This document shows positions 20,100-22,091 of a DNA stretch of 22,091 nucleotides, piece by piece. Position 1 is the first letter of the stretch; every line of letters starts with the position of its first letter. The notes below the pieces were generated by a model. The model did no database searches, had not been told where the DNA came from, and saw only the letters and a program-made list of their open reading frames with translations. The position numbers and the translations under genes were made by a program. Source of the DNA: Octopus sinensis (Eukaryota); assembly GCF_006345805.1 (NCBI RefSeq), contig NW_021836931.1, positions 1-22,091 on the forward strand, written 5' to 3'.

Positions 20100-20305
20100 T
20101 ACTGTCTTATTTCATGATTGAGTAGTAACCAGTTACAAAAATAATCATTCAAATATCTGGGCATTCATATAGGGACTTCACAGCAACCAGAAGTTGCCCA
20201 TTTATTCCATACTCCTACAAAACCCTCCATAGAATGTCCTGCAGCACACGATCATATATCTTTACAAGGTTTACTAAGCAAACATATACATCCTGGCTAT
20301 ATACT
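20100..20305 (-). mobile_element. Old, degenerate RTE-like RT fragment
   Basis: The minus strand translates to VYVCLVNLVKIYDRVLQDILWRVL*EYGINGQLLVAVKSLY, resembling the RTE RT block FVDLEKAYDRV...LWRVL.EYG..G.L..A..SLY. Confidence 0.6.
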
Positions 20306-21237
20306 CGTGATTTCTTAACCCTCTGTTGGTGTGGTGGGATACTAAAACACTGTTAGTGCAGTAGGGTGTGATTTATCCCTGGCCCAGGTATTTTAATTGT
20401 CAAGAGTTTCTGTCCAATTTGTTTCTCAAAAGACATTTTAATCCTATAGAAAGAAAATTTCATGTATTAGACAATTGAAAAAGAAATGAAAAACTACTAA
20501 GGCAGGCAAACAAAAAGAGCAGACATTTTATTTTGTAAACTATTTAGTGTTTACTATTTACTTGTTGCTGCTTGCATTCTCGTCCTTATCACCCTCACCA
20601 TAGCAGTGAACACAAACCATGAACGAATGATCCAAGCAGTTGGGTTTTGAACACTTCTGACAGCTATTTGTCTTTCGATCCTTTGATCTGGGTCACAATG
20701 TGCATCTTTGTTGAGAACTTTCACAACAATATTTTGAAAGTAATTCCTCCAAAGTCATCATAAAAAGTCATTATAAAAATAAGAACAACACAAATGTATG
20801 TTATGTTGTGTGTGCCACAACTGAAAGGAAATATATTCTTTAGAAAAATTACCTATCAGAAAGGTGTGGAGGGGTTGCTACACACCGAGATGCAATTACT
20901 GTACACATACTCCCTCCTTTTGCCAGCAGCAGACTAAGTAACCTGATGTATCAACTCAGTGGACATAGGCAGGAAATTACATGGGAGGATACTTGTTTCA
21001 CTGCTTAGAGATATAAGATATTTGTAAAGAACATCACTTGGGGTAAGCCACACTTTACTGCACCAATGGAAGGTTAAAGATCTTCCCTATGGTGAATACC
21101 TGGTCAGTTGTGCTACATCTAGGATGAAGCAGCATTGTTCTTTAGCTAGCCTAGGCTTGACAAGTTCCTCTCATTCTTCTTCCAGACATGTGTTGACTTT
21201 CCTGGAAAGCCTCAACAAAGAGATTCCTTATTTACAT

Positions 21238-21497
21238 TAGGCGCTACCCTCGTTTTCATCGCCGTGCCCAATTTTTGTCTATAAGTGTTTTCATCCTACA
21301 GAACAACTTTTTCAATTTCAACAAAAACACTTATAGACAAAATTCAGGCATGGCGATGGGAACAAGGGTAGTGCCTACTTTTGCCAACCTTGTCGTGGCA
21401 TACTTGGAAGTCCAAATATATGAACATGCTAGATTGAAGTTTGGAGACAACTTCCAAAAATACTTACTCACCAACTGGAAACGCTACTTGGATGTTT
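21238..21497 (+). mobile_element. Penelope-like element RT fragment with an inverted 5' arm
   Basis: FILQNNFFNFNKNTYRQNSGMAMGTRVVPTFANLVVAYLE...WKRYLD (PLE RT motifs 4-5); 21238-21291 is an inverted copy of 21324-21377. Confidence 0.85.
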
Positions 21498-21662
21498 CAT
21501 TGCCGTGAAGCATGGCAGTTCACACTCATGCATTGCACAATCTACCTTTCACTGTGAGCGAGAGGTCATTTGTTACCAGTAGAAATAGAAGCTTTCTAAA
21601 CTTTGCCCAGGGTATTCTTATTCTAGTGGTAATACTCTCTGAGCATCCACCTCCACTACTAA

Positions 21663-21663
<1 letters not shown>
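21492..21663 (-). mobile_element. Short diverged RTE fragment (post-RT region)
   Basis: The minus strand gives [39 protein letters not shown]...TAMLHGNET, collinear with RTE copies 1 and 2. Confidence 0.8.
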
Positions 21664-21721
<58 letters not shown>

Positions 21722-21785
21722 CTATATCATGTATATATATATATATATGTGTGTGTGTGTATATACACACATATACATATATATA

Positions 21786-21842
<57 letters not shown>

Positions 21843-21875
21843 TATTATATATAATATATATATATATATATACTT
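21664..21875. repeat. Compound (CA)/(TA)/(TG) microsatellite
   Basis: Direct inspection. Confidence 0.95.
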
Positions 21876-21889
21876 TATTAAAAGCAGCA

Positions 21890-22091
21890 GAGCAGAAATA
21901 TAACAAAAGCTGTTACTCAGGACAGTGTCTTCCAGAGGACCATCATGGTTTGTCTCTGTTCTAAAGGTTCTGATCCTCGTTTCTTTCATCCTGAGGATCT
22001 TCCGGCCAGTCGTCTACATTTCATTGCCAATTTAGCAACATGTACACGAAAGGTCGCGTCATCACTCATGTAAATACCTAGGTCACGCACT
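21890..22091 (-). mobile_element. CR1-group LINE, copy C: RT C-terminal fragment running off the window edge
   Basis: The minus strand gives VRDLGIYMSDDATFRVHVAKLAMKCRRLAG..IL..TFRT...TMMVLWKT, matching copy B at ~9213-9330. Confidence 0.85.

Noticed and set aside
20560-20760. ~70-codon stop-free frame on minus and a short hydrophobic stretch on plus
   Set aside because: No start, convincing splice sites or recognisable homology; cannot be supported without a search.
9170-21497. Three RT remnants break at or near the YxDD motif (9170-9216, 16653, ~21495)
   Set aside because: Different lesion types in different families with no common mechanism; the sample is too small.

Overview
Eukaryotic, AT-rich genomic DNA. 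The repeat repertoire and long (TA)n arrays suggest an Octopus-like coleoid cephalopod (inference). The only host coding sequence I can identify is one 48-nt internal exon of RNF7/RBX2/SAG (19791-19838, +; DACLRCQSENKQDDCV). Bases 1-19790 therefore appear to be one very large intron and 19839-22091 the next intron. The introns are packed with retroelements whose ends mostly abut (TA)n microsatellites. (i) Three copies of one CR1-group APE/RT LINE lineage, two of them head-to-head (900-4427 minus, 4851-9978 plus). Their ORF1 has an unusual Myb/SANT-like plus CCCH zinc-finger layout, and their long leaders start with a YY1 or an ETS motif. (ii) Four RTE-clade LINE copies or fragments, all antisense to the host gene. 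(iii) A tRNA-derived SINE. (iv) A Penelope RT fragment with a fold-back arm. (v) The best candidate for something undescribed: a 1.2-kb non-coding nested fold-back element (16654-17864) carrying a complete minimal type I hammerhead ribozyme (17076-17121, minus) in the loop of its inner inverted repeat. All element ORFs are frameshifted, so no intact autonomous element is present. The remaining ORF-track entries are microsatellite, low-complexity or antisense artefacts. No database searches were run; family names come from motif recognition.
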